Positions 28,516 through 38,256 of a stretch of DNA of 64,000 bases are shown here, one piece after another. Origin of the DNA: an uncultured Syntrophomonadaceae bacterium (GTDB taxonomy: Bacteria; Bacillota; Dethiobacteria; DTU022); NCBI GenBank assembly GCA_964441025.1, contig CAYTXG010000003.1:63527-127526 (forward strand), given 5' to 3'. The position numbers and the translations under genes were made by a program. A model generated the notes under the pieces. It worked only from the letters and a program-made list of their open reading frames with translations. It was not told the DNA's origin and did no database searches. Within the stretch, counting starts at the first letter, position 1. Each line of letters starts with the position of its first letter.

Positions 28516-29538
28516 ATGTTCCGGACAATCAATGCAAGCAGAAGAAGACTTGTGTGGAAAACAGTGCTTCTCCTGATCCTTTTAACCGGCCTGGCTGCAG
28601 GAGCGGGATGCGCCGGGAGGGAAACACCGGCGCTCGACGAGGTTACCGTTCTCCTGGATTGGACTCCGAATACCAACTACAGCGGTCTTTTTGCAGCAAG
28701 GGATAAAGGATACTACCTGGAGGAAGGCCTTGAGGTAAAGATCGAGGAAGCGGGGGCCAATGTGCTGCCCCTTGTGGCTACAGATAAAGCGCAATTTGGG
28801 GTAAGTTACCAGGAACAGGTTACATTTGCCCGACTGAATGATAATATCCCCGTTGTTTCCATTGCTGCGGTAGTGCAGCACAACAGCTCCGGGTTTGCTT
28901 CGCTCAGGGAAAAAGGAATCAATTCTGTTGTCGATTTTGAAGGCAAAAGCTACGGCAGCTGGGGGACGGAAGTGGAGGAGGCTACCATTAAAGCGCTGAT
29001 GGATAAAGAGGGAGCCGATTTTGACAGCGTCAGCATCGTCACTATCGGGGAGACCGATCTTTTTGCAGTTATTGAAAAGCTGGCCGACTTTGCCTGGATC
29101 TATTACGGCTGGGACGGCATCGCCGCTGAACAGAAAGGGGCGGAGCTGGATTTCATTCCCCTGCGAGATCTGGACCCGTCTTTCGATTACTATACACCCG
29201 TCATCATCAGCAGCGAAACGCTCATCAATGAGCATCCCGACCTAGTTGAAAGATTTATGCGGGCAACAGCAAAAGGCTACCGCCTGGCTATTGACAGCCC
29301 CGAAGAGGCGGCGGAAATACTGCTGCGTAATGTCCCGGAACTTGACGGCGATCTGGTCAGAGCCAGCCAGGACTGGCTGAAAGATAAATACAGTGACGAT
29401 GCTGAAATATGGGGTCTGCAGAAGAAAGAGGTCTGGGAAAATTACAGCCGCTGGCTTCTTGAGCGCGGGCTTGTTGACAGGATGCTCGATGTGGACAAGG
29501 CTTTTACCAACAGGTTTATTCTGGGGAAAGCGGATTGA
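28516..29538 (+). CDS. NMT1/THI5-like substrate-binding lipoprotein (HMP/FAMP-binding, ThiY-like)
   Basis: Lipobox LAAGAGC. LDWTPNTNYSGLFAARDKGYY... NMT1/THI5 signature. Confidence 0.8.
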   Translation: MFRTINASRRRLVWKTVLLLILLTGLAAGAGCAGRETPALDEVTVLLDWTPNTNYSGLFAARDKGYYLEEGLEVKIEEAGANVLPLVATDKAQFGVSYQEQVTFARLNDNIPVVSIAAVVQHNSSGFASLREKGINSVVDFEGKSYGSWGTEVEEATIKALMDKEGADFDSVSIVTIGETDLFAVIEKLADFAWIYYGWDGIAAEQKGAELDFIPLRDLDPSFDYYTPVIISSETLINEHPDLVERFMRATAKGYRLAIDSPEEAAEILLRNVPELDGDLVRASQDWLKDKYSDDAEIWGLQKKEVWENYSRWLLERGLVDRMLDVDKAFTNRFILGKAD

Positions 29539-29705
29539 GCAGCCCCGTAAAATATGAATGGTAACCTTTAGACAGGTACCCTGCGCGCCCTTGCCTTTGG
29601 TGCAATTGAGGCCCACCCCCCTGCGCACGGTCCCCGGCAGGAGGGCGGGAAAGCATGAATAAATTCAAAGGGGCGGGCCAGTCCCCCCCCCGGAGGGTAT
29701 GTGTA

Positions 29706-30476
29706 ATGAAAACAGCAGGGCTGCAGCTGGAGGATGTCAGCTCAAGCTATCACTTTGGAAATGAAAGCCTGCCTGTGCTAAAAAACATCTCGATCACCCT
29801 GGGCGCGGGCGAGTTTGTTGCGCTGCTCGGCCCCAGCGGCTCCGGTAAAAGTACCCTGTTAAGGATCGCCGCCGGGCTGCTCAAACCCGACAGGGGCCGG
29901 GTGCTCCTTGAGGGTCGGGATATTACCGGGCATGCCGCCCGGGTCGGCTACATGCCGCAGCAGGACCTTTTATTTCCCTGGAAAACACTGCTCCAAAATG
30001 CCGCGCTGCCGCTGTTGAGCGCCGGCCTGTCCGCAGAGGAGGCCCGCGCCCGTGTCTCTGCACTGCTGCCCGTTTTCGGCCTTGACGGTTTTGCCTTATA
30101 CTACCCTGATCGCCTGTCGGGGGGTATGAGGCAGCGGGCAGCACTGCTGCGCACTATTCTAATGGAGGGCAGCCTGCTGCTCCTTGATGAGCCTTTTGCT
30201 GCGCTCGATGCTCTCACCCGGGAAAACCTGCAGGGGTGGCTGCTGCAAATTTTAAGCCGTTTTCAAAAAGCGGTTCTCTTTGTAACTCACAGCGTCGACG
30301 AGGCGATCTATCTGGCCGACCGTATCTATATGATCTCGGAGCGCCCGGGCCGGATCATCCTGGAGATGAGGGTTGATCTGCCCCGGCCCCGCTCCCGCAG
30401 CGTGGTCACAACACCCCTGTTCACCTCATACAGGCAGGCGCTGATGGAGGCGCTCGCAAAAACGCCAACGGCGTAA
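29706..30476 (+). CDS. ABC transporter ATP-binding protein of the thi transporter
   Basis: Walker A GPSGSGKST, signature LSGGMRQR, Walker B LLLDEPF. GGAGGG RBS before the internal ATG at 29706. Confidence 0.85.
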   Translation: MKTAGLQLEDVSSSYHFGNESLPVLKNISITLGAGEFVALLGPSGSGKSTLLRIAAGLLKPDRGRVLLEGRDITGHAARVGYMPQQDLLFPWKTLLQNAALPLLSAGLSAEEARARVSALLPVFGLDGFALYYPDRLSGGMRQRAALLRTILMEGSLLLLDEPFAALDALTRENLQGWLLQILSRFQKAVLFVTHSVDEAIYLADRIYMISERPGRIILEMRVDLPRPRSRSVVTTPLFTSYRQALMEALAKTPTA

Positions 30477-30615
30477 ACAGATCCACGGGGCGGCAGAAAA
30501 TCAGGGTCCCCCAAGCCGGCCCGGTATAATGCAGAGAGCGCGGTGCAGACATGACAGCGCCAAATTTCCAGGTGATGCCGGGCCGTGAGGAACCCCTTTA
30601 AAAAAAATGAACCCA

Positions 30616-30683
30616 CAGAATATATCAGTAGAACCGTCCCCGTGATATACAGAATATATCAGAAGAACCGTCCCCCTGATATA
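30616..30683. repeat. 34-bp tandem direct repeat x2; the second copy encodes the last 8 codons and stop of the TPK gene
   Basis: CAGAATATATCAGTAGAACCGTCCCCGTGATATA / CAGAATATATCAGAAGAACCGTCCCCCTGATATA. Confidence 0.8.
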
Positions 30684-31330
30684 CGGGCGGTGTGGACGGC
30701 CAGGAGCAGGCCCGAGGCCGCAGTAACTCTGGCTGTTTCAGAAATCAGCTCATTGCTCAAACCGCGGGTGGAGGCAAAGTTAAGGGTCTCTCCGTGAAGG
30801 GGATACTTCAGCCCCTGCGTGGTGACACCCCTTGTCTCCGGGGTAAGCGAAAACAGGGAGAGATAGTCGCCTGCCCGACCAAACTGGATCAGCTCGTGAT
30901 CCATGAGCCGCACCGTCTGCCGCTCATCAATAATCCTGGCTGGAATACCGGCTCTGAAGGGAATTGTCAGCAGGAAAAGGTTGATCAGGGCATGGTCGAC
31001 CCTTTTTCCTCCCAGGGCGCCGCATAGAATAATTTCCGCCGGCCGGAACGATACGGCATAGTGAAGGGCCATCTCCAGATCCGACTGCTCCTGATCCAGG
31101 AGAGGGTTGCAGATCCATTCCACCGGTAACTGCTGCAGTTTTCGGCGCAGCGCAGGGTCAAGGGAGTCGCTGTCACCGATCACCGAGGAGGGGTGCATCC
31201 CCATGGCCAGCACATGACGGCTCCCCCCGTCTGCACAGATAATCCGGTCTTCCCGGTTGATCTGTCCGCGGTAGAAATCAGGATCACATAAGTCACCGTT
31301 GGCAAATAGAAAAATCCGCCGGCCCCTCAT
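30659..31330 (-). CDS. thiN: Thiamine pyrophosphokinase
   Basis: 223 aa. ICADGG...VIGDSDSL (GDxDS motif) and a C-terminal thiamine-binding domain. Confidence 0.75.
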   Translation of the reverse strand: MRGRRIFLFANGDLCDPDFYRGQINREDRIICADGGSRHVLAMGMHPSSVIGDSDSLDPALRRKLQQLPVEWICNPLLDQEQSDLEMALHYAVSFRPAEIILCGALGGKRVDHALINLFLLTIPFRAGIPARIIDERQTVRLMDHELIQFGRAGDYLSLFSLTPETRGVTTQGLKYPLHGETLNFASTRGLSNELISETARVTAASGLLLAVHTARISGGRFF

Positions 31331-31628
31331 TTGATCTCCCCTTTCAGCGCCGGGAATATATTACCGCAGCCCGGCCTATCGAGTCAGGCGCCCCGCCGTG
31401 CCGGATATCCCCGATGGGGAACCCGGCCCCCCTGGATGAAACCGGAGCGATGTATAATCGTTTCTAGTTATTCGTTTTCCGGGCCCGTTATCCTGCCGCC
31501 TGTCCATGCGGCTGCTGCAGCCTTACGGAACCCGGAACCTTTTATTATGGAAAACAGGATTCAAATAAATTTTAGAGAATTCTATTATGATATTGTACCG
31601 GTCCATAGAACAGGAGTAGCCAACGGAA

Positions 31629-33020
31629 TTGAAGACTGAATTTGACAAAGCACATCTTATGGGCGAAGAAAGTATCAGCCGGCTGCTCTGGCGGTTTTCT
31701 ATGCCGGCCACCGTGGCCATGGCTGTAACCGCCTCGTACAATGTAGTGGATGCAGCTTTTGTGGGGCGTTTGGGAAGCGAAGCCTTTGCCGCCCTTTCGG
31801 TGGCTTTTCCCGCCCAGATGATCTTCGGCGCCCTGGCCATCGGCACCGGCGTGGGCGCCGCTTCACTCATTGCCCGCTCGCTGGGCGCCGGAAAACCCGA
31901 AGGGGCCCAGATCGCAGTGGGCCAGGTTATCACGCTGGCCCTGGCATTTGGGTTTATCTTAACCCTGGCGGGTCGATTCTACCTGGAACCGATGCTGGTT
32001 CTCTTCGGAGCCACACCGGAGATCTTGCCCTTCTGTGCCGAATATATGTCAGTGATTACCGACGGCGCCGCCCTGCTGTTCATTTCATTTATGCTCGCCC
32101 ACACCATCAGGGCTGAGGGAAATGCCATCTTCCCCATGACGGTATTGATCGCCTCTGCAGTTACGAATATTGTCCTTGACCCCATTTTTATCTTTGTGCT
32201 GCAGATGGGGATCAGGGGAGCAGCCATCGCCACCCTTCTGGCCAAAGCGGTCAATATTGCCTGTTATCTCTGGTATTACCTGGGCGGCCGGAGCGCCCTG
32301 AAAATCGCCCTGCGCCACCTGAGGCCTCACCTCAAAATCATCCTGGAAATTTACCAGGTGGGCTTGCCGACTATTTTAATCCAGGTTTCCTTCAACATCT
32401 CTCTAATTATTGCCAACAAGGTTCTCGGCGGTTTCGGCCATGTTCCCATCGCTGTGATGGGGATAGTCATGCGCCTGCAGCAGTTCGCCACCATGCCGGT
32501 AATCGGGATTAACCAGGGTATGCTTCCGATCATCGGTTTCAATTACGGCGCAAAAAAATATCCCCGCATCCGCGAGGCAGTGATCAAGAGCCTGGTGGCC
32601 GCAGCCTCCCTGGGCGCCGCCGCCATGCTCTGCTTCCTTATCTTCCCCGGTATTTTCCTGCGCATCTTTACCGATGAAAAAACGCTGCTGCAGGAAGGCG
32701 CAGCAGCGCTGAGAATCATGGTGCTGATGTACCCACTCATCGGCGTACCGCTCATCAGCGGTGCGCTTTTTCAGGGTATCGGCAAAGGCGTTCCAGCACT
32801 TCTCCTGGCCCTGCTGCGCCAGTTTTTGCTCTATATTCCGCTCATCCTGCTTCTGCTGCGGGCCTTTGGCTTGATCGGAGTCTGGGCCGCCGCCCCCCTG
32901 GCCGATTTTCTTACTTTTATCATCGCCATGCTCCTGGTAACGGGAGAGCTGAGACGCATGGGCATCCCGCTTTACAGCCGCGCTTGCGGGCCTCAGAAAC
33001 AACCGACTCTCTTGCCCTAG
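31629..33020 (+). CDS. MATE-family efflux transporter
   Basis: 463 aa, 12 TM. RLLWRFSMPATVAMAVTASYNVVDAAFVGRLG. Start is either TTG at 31629 or ATG at 31659. Confidence 0.85.
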   Translation: MKTEFDKAHLMGEESISRLLWRFSMPATVAMAVTASYNVVDAAFVGRLGSEAFAALSVAFPAQMIFGALAIGTGVGAASLIARSLGAGKPEGAQIAVGQVITLALAFGFILTLAGRFYLEPMLVLFGATPEILPFCAEYMSVITDGAALLFISFMLAHTIRAEGNAIFPMTVLIASAVTNIVLDPIFIFVLQMGIRGAAIATLLAKAVNIACYLWYYLGGRSALKIALRHLRPHLKIILEIYQVGLPTILIQVSFNISLIIANKVLGGFGHVPIAVMGIVMRLQQFATMPVIGINQGMLPIIGFNYGAKKYPRIREAVIKSLVAAASLGAAAMLCFLIFPGIFLRIFTDEKTLLQEGAAALRIMVLMYPLIGVPLISGALFQGIGKGVPALLLALLRQFLLYIPLILLLLRAFGLIGVWAAAPLADFLTFIIAMLLVTGELRRMGIPLYSRACGPQKQPTLLP

Positions 33021-33649
33021 CGTCTCTTTTCCAGCGCAGCGGCACAGCGAAGCAATTTGCAGAATTCAAATATAACAATGAGCAGCGCGGGAACCAGCAG
33101 TATGGAGATTAAGCCGGTCCTGGTCCGGGCAAAATTGAGGACATGCCCGGCGTGGGGAACAGCGAATTCAGCTTTACCGAGGATGTTTCTCTCTGGAACC
33201 GGCGCGGACTCAGCCTCAGTCGAGGCGTCACCGCAGATGGTAAAGGTTAGCTCTGAGGCGCTGTTGACCGCCGCTATACGGCTGACAGCGGGCTGCGGGG
33301 GATTTTCCGGATCAATAAAGATAATAATGTCGTCAACTTTTAAAGCCGACGGTTTCGCAGCCCTTACCGCCAGCAGGCTCCCGGGGCCGAAAGCCGGCTT
33401 CATGCTGCCGCCGGCGACAATGTAGAGCTGCCGCCCGGCCAGTTCGGGGGCTTCTCCGGTAACACTCATTTGAATCAGGGCGTAGAGCAGTACCGCCGCG
33501 CAGGCCAGCAGGAGCATCAATACCATATCTCCCGCTATTGATCCCCCTCCCTTCCTGCGGCTGCGGCGGCGCTGAAGCGACTCAAGCCTCTGCCTTTCAG
33601 CGCGAGTCATTGTAATCTGCCCGCCGATGATCTGTTTATCCATCATCAC
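33017..33649 (-). CDS. sipW: Signal peptidase I, SipW (ER/archaeal type)
   Basis: IVAGGSMKPAF catalytic Ser region and a C-terminal TM anchor. The N-terminal ~40 charged residues may not be translated, so the start is uncertain. Confidence 0.7.
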   Translation of the reverse strand: MMMDKQIIGGQITMTRAERQRLESLQRRRSRRKGGGSIAGDMVLMLLLACAAVLLYALIQMSVTGEAPELAGRQLYIVAGGSMKPAFGPGSLLAVRAAKPSALKVDDIIIFIDPENPPQPAVSRIAAVNSASELTFTICGDASTEAESAPVPERNILGKAEFAVPHAGHVLNFARTRTGLISILLVPALLIVIFEFCKLLRCAAALEKRR

Positions 33650-33698
33650 AAATACCCCTTTTATCGCTAGAAAAAGCCCGCTTGTACAAAGCTGCTTT

Positions 33699-33856
33699 TC
33701 AAGCCGGGAATGCTTCCCCCGAATGGGGGTGCAGACAGCTGCTCAAAACGATGTTTTCTCCAGGTTCCGCTCCCTGAAAATAAAGGTAGGTTGCTCCGCC
33801 GGCCAAAGCTGAAGCAAGGGCGATGATGAGCAGGCTTTTAAGAATTTTGGCTTTCA
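33699..33856 (-). CDS. Small secreted pre-peptide (52 aa) with a Sec-type signal peptide, immediately upstream of sipW
   Basis: Translated by eye: MKAKILKSLLIIALASALAGGATYLYFQGAEPGENIVLSSCLHPHSGEAFPA. AAAAGGA RBS. Absent from the ORF track because it is under 60 aa. Confidence 0.35.
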
Positions 33857-34133
33857 TACCCCAATCCTTTTCTTACTTGAGACCTCACCCGGTACAGTCG
33901 ACACACGCCGGCCCTGACAACTACCGAGAAACCCTTCAAATGCAAGGGTTTCTTAGGCTCCAAAACTGTATGTGCCCATCCGGCGCATGCCGGGGCGCGC
34001 ATTCTCCCCAACCACACGGCCCTTTGCCTCACAGCGCAGCTGCCTCTGCCGCACCCCTTCGCCGGATCACCTTGTTACTATCTTAAACGACATCCCCCTT
34101 CAGTTCAACAAAAACTGCTATAATTATGGGGCC

Positions 34134-34170
34134 GGAGGAAAAAAGACCAGCCCGGGGCGCCGGTGCCCGG
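34134..34170 (-). terminator. Terminator after the sirtuin gene
   Basis: Minus strand: CCCGGGCACCGGCGCCCCGGG hairpin followed by CUGGUCUUUUUUCC. Confidence 0.45.
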
Positions 34171-34186
34171 GAGCACCCGCCGCTTT

Positions 34187-34936
34187 TTAACTTGCGGCGA
34201 GCAGCTCCGTGATATCATGAAGCGCTTTGCTGCATTTTTCCCGGATCACGATCTCGGCGGTGTTGTCAAAATCTGTCGCCGTGAGGTTGATAATGATCAG
34301 CCTTTTCGCCAGCTGCGGCAAGAATGCCACTGGATAAACCACCAGGCTGCTGCCCGCCACCAGCATGAGATCGCACTGGCAGCGCAGGATCTCCTCAGCT
34401 TCGTAAAACAGGGGCGGCATGGGGTCCCCGAAAAGAACAACATCGGGGCGAAGCACATCGAAACAGTTGCGGCAAAGGGGAGGTATTCGTTTCAGTTCAA
34501 CCTGCTGGACCAGCTCCTCAAATGCATAGCGTTTCTTGCAGCCCTGGCAGTAACCGGAACGCAGGTGCCCGTGCACTTCCCAGACCCTGCTCGAGCCGGC
34601 TTTCACATGTAAACCGTCGATATTCTGGGTCACCAGCCCCTTGAGAAAACCCATCTCTTCCATCCTCGCCAGGGCATAATGCCCTTCATGCGGTTCGGCC
34701 AGCGTGATATGGGCGAAGCGGTTAAATGCAGCTTCATAGAAAAGACGGGGATTGTTCTGCAGGACCTCCACCGAAGCTGTTTTGATGGGGTCGATCTTCT
34801 CCCAGATACCCGTTCCGGGGGTTCGGAAATCCGGGATCCCACTTTCCGTGGAAAGCCCGGCACCGGTCAGGCTGTAGAATCCGGCGCTTTCCTTGATCAT
34901 GGCGGCGGCCTTCTCAATCTGAACCTGGTACTCCAT
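34187..34936 (-). CDS. cobB: NAD-dependent protein deacylase (Sir2/CobB)
   Basis: GAGLSTESGIPDFR, VTQNIDGLH, a zinc CxxC...CxxC module and HG. Start set at MEYQ; the track Met has an SD with zero spacing. Confidence 0.85.
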   Translation of the reverse strand: MEYQVQIEKAAAMIKESAGFYSLTGAGLSTESGIPDFRTPGTGIWEKIDPIKTASVEVLQNNPRLFYEAAFNRFAHITLAEPHEGHYALARMEEMGFLKGLVTQNIDGLHVKAGSSRVWEVHGHLRSGYCQGCKKRYAFEELVQQVELKRIPPLCRNCFDVLRPDVVLFGDPMPPLFYEAEEILRCQCDLMLVAGSSLVVYPVAFLPQLAKRLIIINLTATDFDNTAEIVIREKCSKALHDITELLAAS

Positions 34937-35247
34937 TTTTTGCATCCCTCCGTAAACCGCATGGAATCCATTATTTCTACAATATCCAATTATTAATTTA
35001 TTAGTTCTATTCTTGAATCGTCAATTCCTGTTTTTTGACTAAATTTTAGAGGTGTTCTTCCTGTTTGCTGTGTGAAGGTGGTTGCGGATTGATATTCCCG
35101 GCGGGAAAGTAGCGCAGCCCGGGCAAAAGGGGTGAAGCTCCTCTTCCCAGGGCTGCAGCCTGGCGGGCCTGTTGTATGCCGGGCCCCCCATTGAGAGAGC
35201 CCGCACTTGCGCTGCTGCCGGTTCCTTGATCCCTTTGCGCCCCCGGC

Positions 35248-36171
35248 TTAAAGAGGACCTTGCTCACCAGGGGGTGCAGCGGCATGCCCGCCCCCCCGCC
35301 TGGAGGCAAGATAAACACCGCCGAGAATCATCAGGCCGCCGGCGACAAGCGCTCCGCTGAAGGGCTCCCCCAGAACGCAAACCGCCGTAAGCACGGCAAT
35401 GACGGGGCATAGATTGGCATAGAGACCCGCCTCCGTTGATGCAAGGCGCGGCAGTCCGTAATTCCACGTGGTGGTAGCGATACCGCCTGAGACAATACCA
35501 AGGTAAGCAATGAGCAGCCAGCATTTCGGGCTGACCGGCTCATATCCCGAGCAATAAAACTCAAAGAGAGCAAAGGGGATCAGGAATATAAAACCGTAAA
35601 GCATGTTCCCGGCAGTAACAATGTGCCGGGGTATCTTTTTAAGAATTACTTTACCCGTTAACAGATATATGGTAAAACAGAGATCGCTCAATATGATCAG
35701 TGTATTCCCCAGCAGGGGAGCCGAACCGCCGGCGCGATCATCATAGAACAGCACAAGAAAAGCCACCCCGATAAATGAACACACAATACCGGCCACTTTG
35801 GGAACAGTAACCCTTTCCTTCAAAAATATCCAGGCCAGCAGCATGGTATAAAGGGGCATAATCCCCTGAAGAAGCCCCGCAGTTGATGCCGAAGTGTAAA
35901 GTATACCATAATTAAAGAGAAGATAGTAAAGTGTAATCCCGATGAAGCTTGAAAGCGCGAGAGGGCCCCACAACAGCGGCTTCAAACCGCTTTTTTTGAC
36001 GCTGTAGGGAACGAATACCGCCGCGGCGATACCGAACCTCATGGTAGCCATCAGTACAGGGGCTGTCTCCTCAACAGCAATCTTGGTAACAACAACGCCG
36101 GTCCCCCAGATCACCATCGATAGTATAACTGCCAGTCTTGCCGCAGCCTTGCCCTCTTCCCTGTTGTGCAA
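35248..36171 (-). CDS. EamA/DMT-family transporter, TTG start
   Basis: 307 aa, 10 TM, with two EamA repeats. Confidence 0.75.
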   Translation of the reverse strand: MHNREEGKAAARLAVILSMVIWGTGVVVTKIAVEETAPVLMATMRFGIAAAVFVPYSVKKSGLKPLLWGPLALSSFIGITLYYLLFNYGILYTSASTAGLLQGIMPLYTMLLAWIFLKERVTVPKVAGIVCSFIGVAFLVLFYDDRAGGSAPLLGNTLIILSDLCFTIYLLTGKVILKKIPRHIVTAGNMLYGFIFLIPFALFEFYCSGYEPVSPKCWLLIAYLGIVSGGIATTTWNYGLPRLASTEAGLYANLCPVIAVLTAVCVLGEPFSGALVAGGLMILGGVYLASRRGGGHAAAPPGEQGPL

Positions 36172-36310
36172 TGGATTTATGTCCTTTAATTGTTTTTTTT
36201 AGCGCCGCTGAAGCAGATTGGGCCCCTGAAGCTGTTCCTTTTCCGCTGATCCGGAGAGCCTGTCCCCTGGTTTCACTGATAGTATTTCAGAGAAATTCAC
36301 CGGCGGGGCG

Positions 36311-38035
36311 CTAAATATGCAGTGCCATAAAGCGCTCCATGTAGTAAATACAGAGCTGGTTGAAATAGCCTGGAAAATAGAAATCCGCAGCATGGCCGGC
36401 CCGCTGAAGCTCAAGTACTGCACACCCTTCGTTTCCCGCTGCCCGGTAGGCTTCCTGAAACCGTAATGCTGTTTTGCGGGATACCACTCCATCCTTCGCG
36501 CCCTGGCAGATGAGGCAGGGTGGGCTTTTTCCATTTATCAGAAGCTCCACATTGATCCATTCCGGAGCCCTGCCCAGGTCCGGCAGAAAACTCACCCGGC
36601 TAGCCGGGTAAAGGGGGATAAAGCCCTTAATCTTAATCTTATCGCTGAATAGATCGGGATAAAAGCCCTCTGACGCAGCCAGCGCCACCGCTGCAGACAG
36701 CTGCCCCCCGGCGGAGCCTCCGGAAATGAAGACCGAATCAAGATCCAGATCATATGCTGCAGCATGACGGGCCAGGTATTTGGTGAATATACCCAGGTGG
36801 CGGACCATGTCGTCAAGGGTAAAAGAGCCGGTCTGCTCCGGCGAAGCCAGCACCGGCTGCAGCGGCGTCAGCTTAACCAGGTCGGTCAGGCCGTACTGTA
36901 CATCAAAGACCGTGTAGCCCCGGGAGGCAAAATATTTGTTCACCTGCATCATATTGGAGAAGCCCTTGTCGCCGCTGATCCAGGCGCCGCCGTGAATGCG
37001 GATCAGCGCTGTTCCCCGGCCCGGCAGGCCTTCGGCCTCATCAGGGGGCATGAATACATCGTACCTCAGCTCAAGCCCCTCGTCAACGCCGCTGCCGCCC
37101 CGGTAGTAGACAATATCCCTTTCATAGCGGTATCCACCCGGGGGGATCCCCAGAAAATAAGCAGGCAAGGAAAAAGGAGTTTCCAGAAAACAATCTTCCC
37201 AGGCAAGGCTTTTCTGCACCGGCCCGCCCCCGCCGAAGGCCTTGCTAAATTCAACGGCCGCTTCCCTGCAGGTTCGGGGCATAGCAGCCAACGGAAGCAG
37301 ATACACCGTAAAACAGAGGAGCCCCAGGACTCCCGTGAACACAGCAGCAGCGCTGCCCGGCCTGTATTGCAGCTTCAGTATCAACAGGGCGGTGCTCAGC
37401 AGGATAAAGGCATAGAAGAGGGAAAAACCGGAGAGAAGGGTCTCGATCAGCTGGGGCGCCTTTTCATAAAAAAAGGAGTTGTCCCCGGCCAGCAAAAAAT
37501 ATATTGCGGCAGATCCGGCGGCAAGGGGTAGATAGCAAAAAACAACAGCCGTTTTCTTAAAACAGCTCCCTCTTTTTGATTTGACGGGCCTGCGGCCCCG
37601 CCGCAGCGGATAGCCCTTTTTGGCGGCAGCCAGGCTCACCCAGGCCGTAATCGATCCGGAAAGGAGAATGCCAAAATAGATAATGTAGATCCCGGTATAG
37701 ATGAATGGGTTGAACCGGTCCGAGTAGAGGGCCGCTGCCAGAAGGTTCAACGCAGCCAGCGCTGTCAAGCCGCCAATCATTGCCGCCAGGCAGAGGTAGC
37801 CCAGGCGGTGCAGGAACCGCCCCAGGCAATCGCTGCGCTCAACTGCGCGGTCATTCAGGTAAACAAGCAGATTTAACGCCGCCAAAGCAGAAAGGAACAG
37901 GATGCCAAAGATATTGTCCGCCGCCTGACAGACCGGCGCCGCAAGATGGAGCAGGCCGCCTGCCGCCGCCGCAAAAGATAGCACCAGCGTAAAGGCGCTC
38001 ACAAAGTAGATCAGCCTGACCCCTCTATTGCCCAT
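36311..38035 (-). CDS. Polytopic membrane protein with a C-terminal alpha/beta-hydrolase (esterase/lipase) domain
   Basis: 574 aa. About 8 N-terminal TM helices. IRIHGGAW (HGG oxyanion motif) and GGSAGG (GxSxG). Confidence 0.7.
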   Translation of the reverse strand: MGNRGVRLIYFVSAFTLVLSFAAAAGGLLHLAAPVCQAADNIFGILFLSALAALNLLVYLNDRAVERSDCLGRFLHRLGYLCLAAMIGGLTALAALNLLAAALYSDRFNPFIYTGIYIIYFGILLSGSITAWVSLAAAKKGYPLRRGRRPVKSKRGSCFKKTAVVFCYLPLAAGSAAIYFLLAGDNSFFYEKAPQLIETLLSGFSLFYAFILLSTALLILKLQYRPGSAAAVFTGVLGLLCFTVYLLPLAAMPRTCREAAVEFSKAFGGGGPVQKSLAWEDCFLETPFSLPAYFLGIPPGGYRYERDIVYYRGGSGVDEGLELRYDVFMPPDEAEGLPGRGTALIRIHGGAWISGDKGFSNMMQVNKYFASRGYTVFDVQYGLTDLVKLTPLQPVLASPEQTGSFTLDDMVRHLGIFTKYLARHAAAYDLDLDSVFISGGSAGGQLSAAVALAASEGFYPDLFSDKIKIKGFIPLYPASRVSFLPDLGRAPEWINVELLINGKSPPCLICQGAKDGVVSRKTALRFQEAYRAAGNEGCAVLELQRAGHAADFYFPGYFNQLCIYYMERFMALHI

Positions 38036-38256
38036 ACCTTCACACTCTCCGGCATAACTGTAATCTTCTCCAGGTTACAAGCAGCCATCTGCTTAAGTGG
38101 CGCCGGTAAAAGTGCCCTATAGACACCCCGCCATACAAAGCTGTTCATAAGTTCGACGGCGCAAGGGCTACTTCCTCCCGGCAATCCGGTTTGGGCGAAC
38201 TATTAACTCACAGGCCGGCAGGGGGATCCGGCTCTGCGCGTCCGCCAACCCTTGTT

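Noticed and set aside
33860-34110. c-di-GMP (GEMM) riboswitch in the sipW-operon leader
   Set aside because: Only a single GGCAAAGGGCC-like segment was found; the paired GNRA tetraloop and receptor arrangement of GEMM-I could not be identified by eye. Kept only as an unexplained structured leader.
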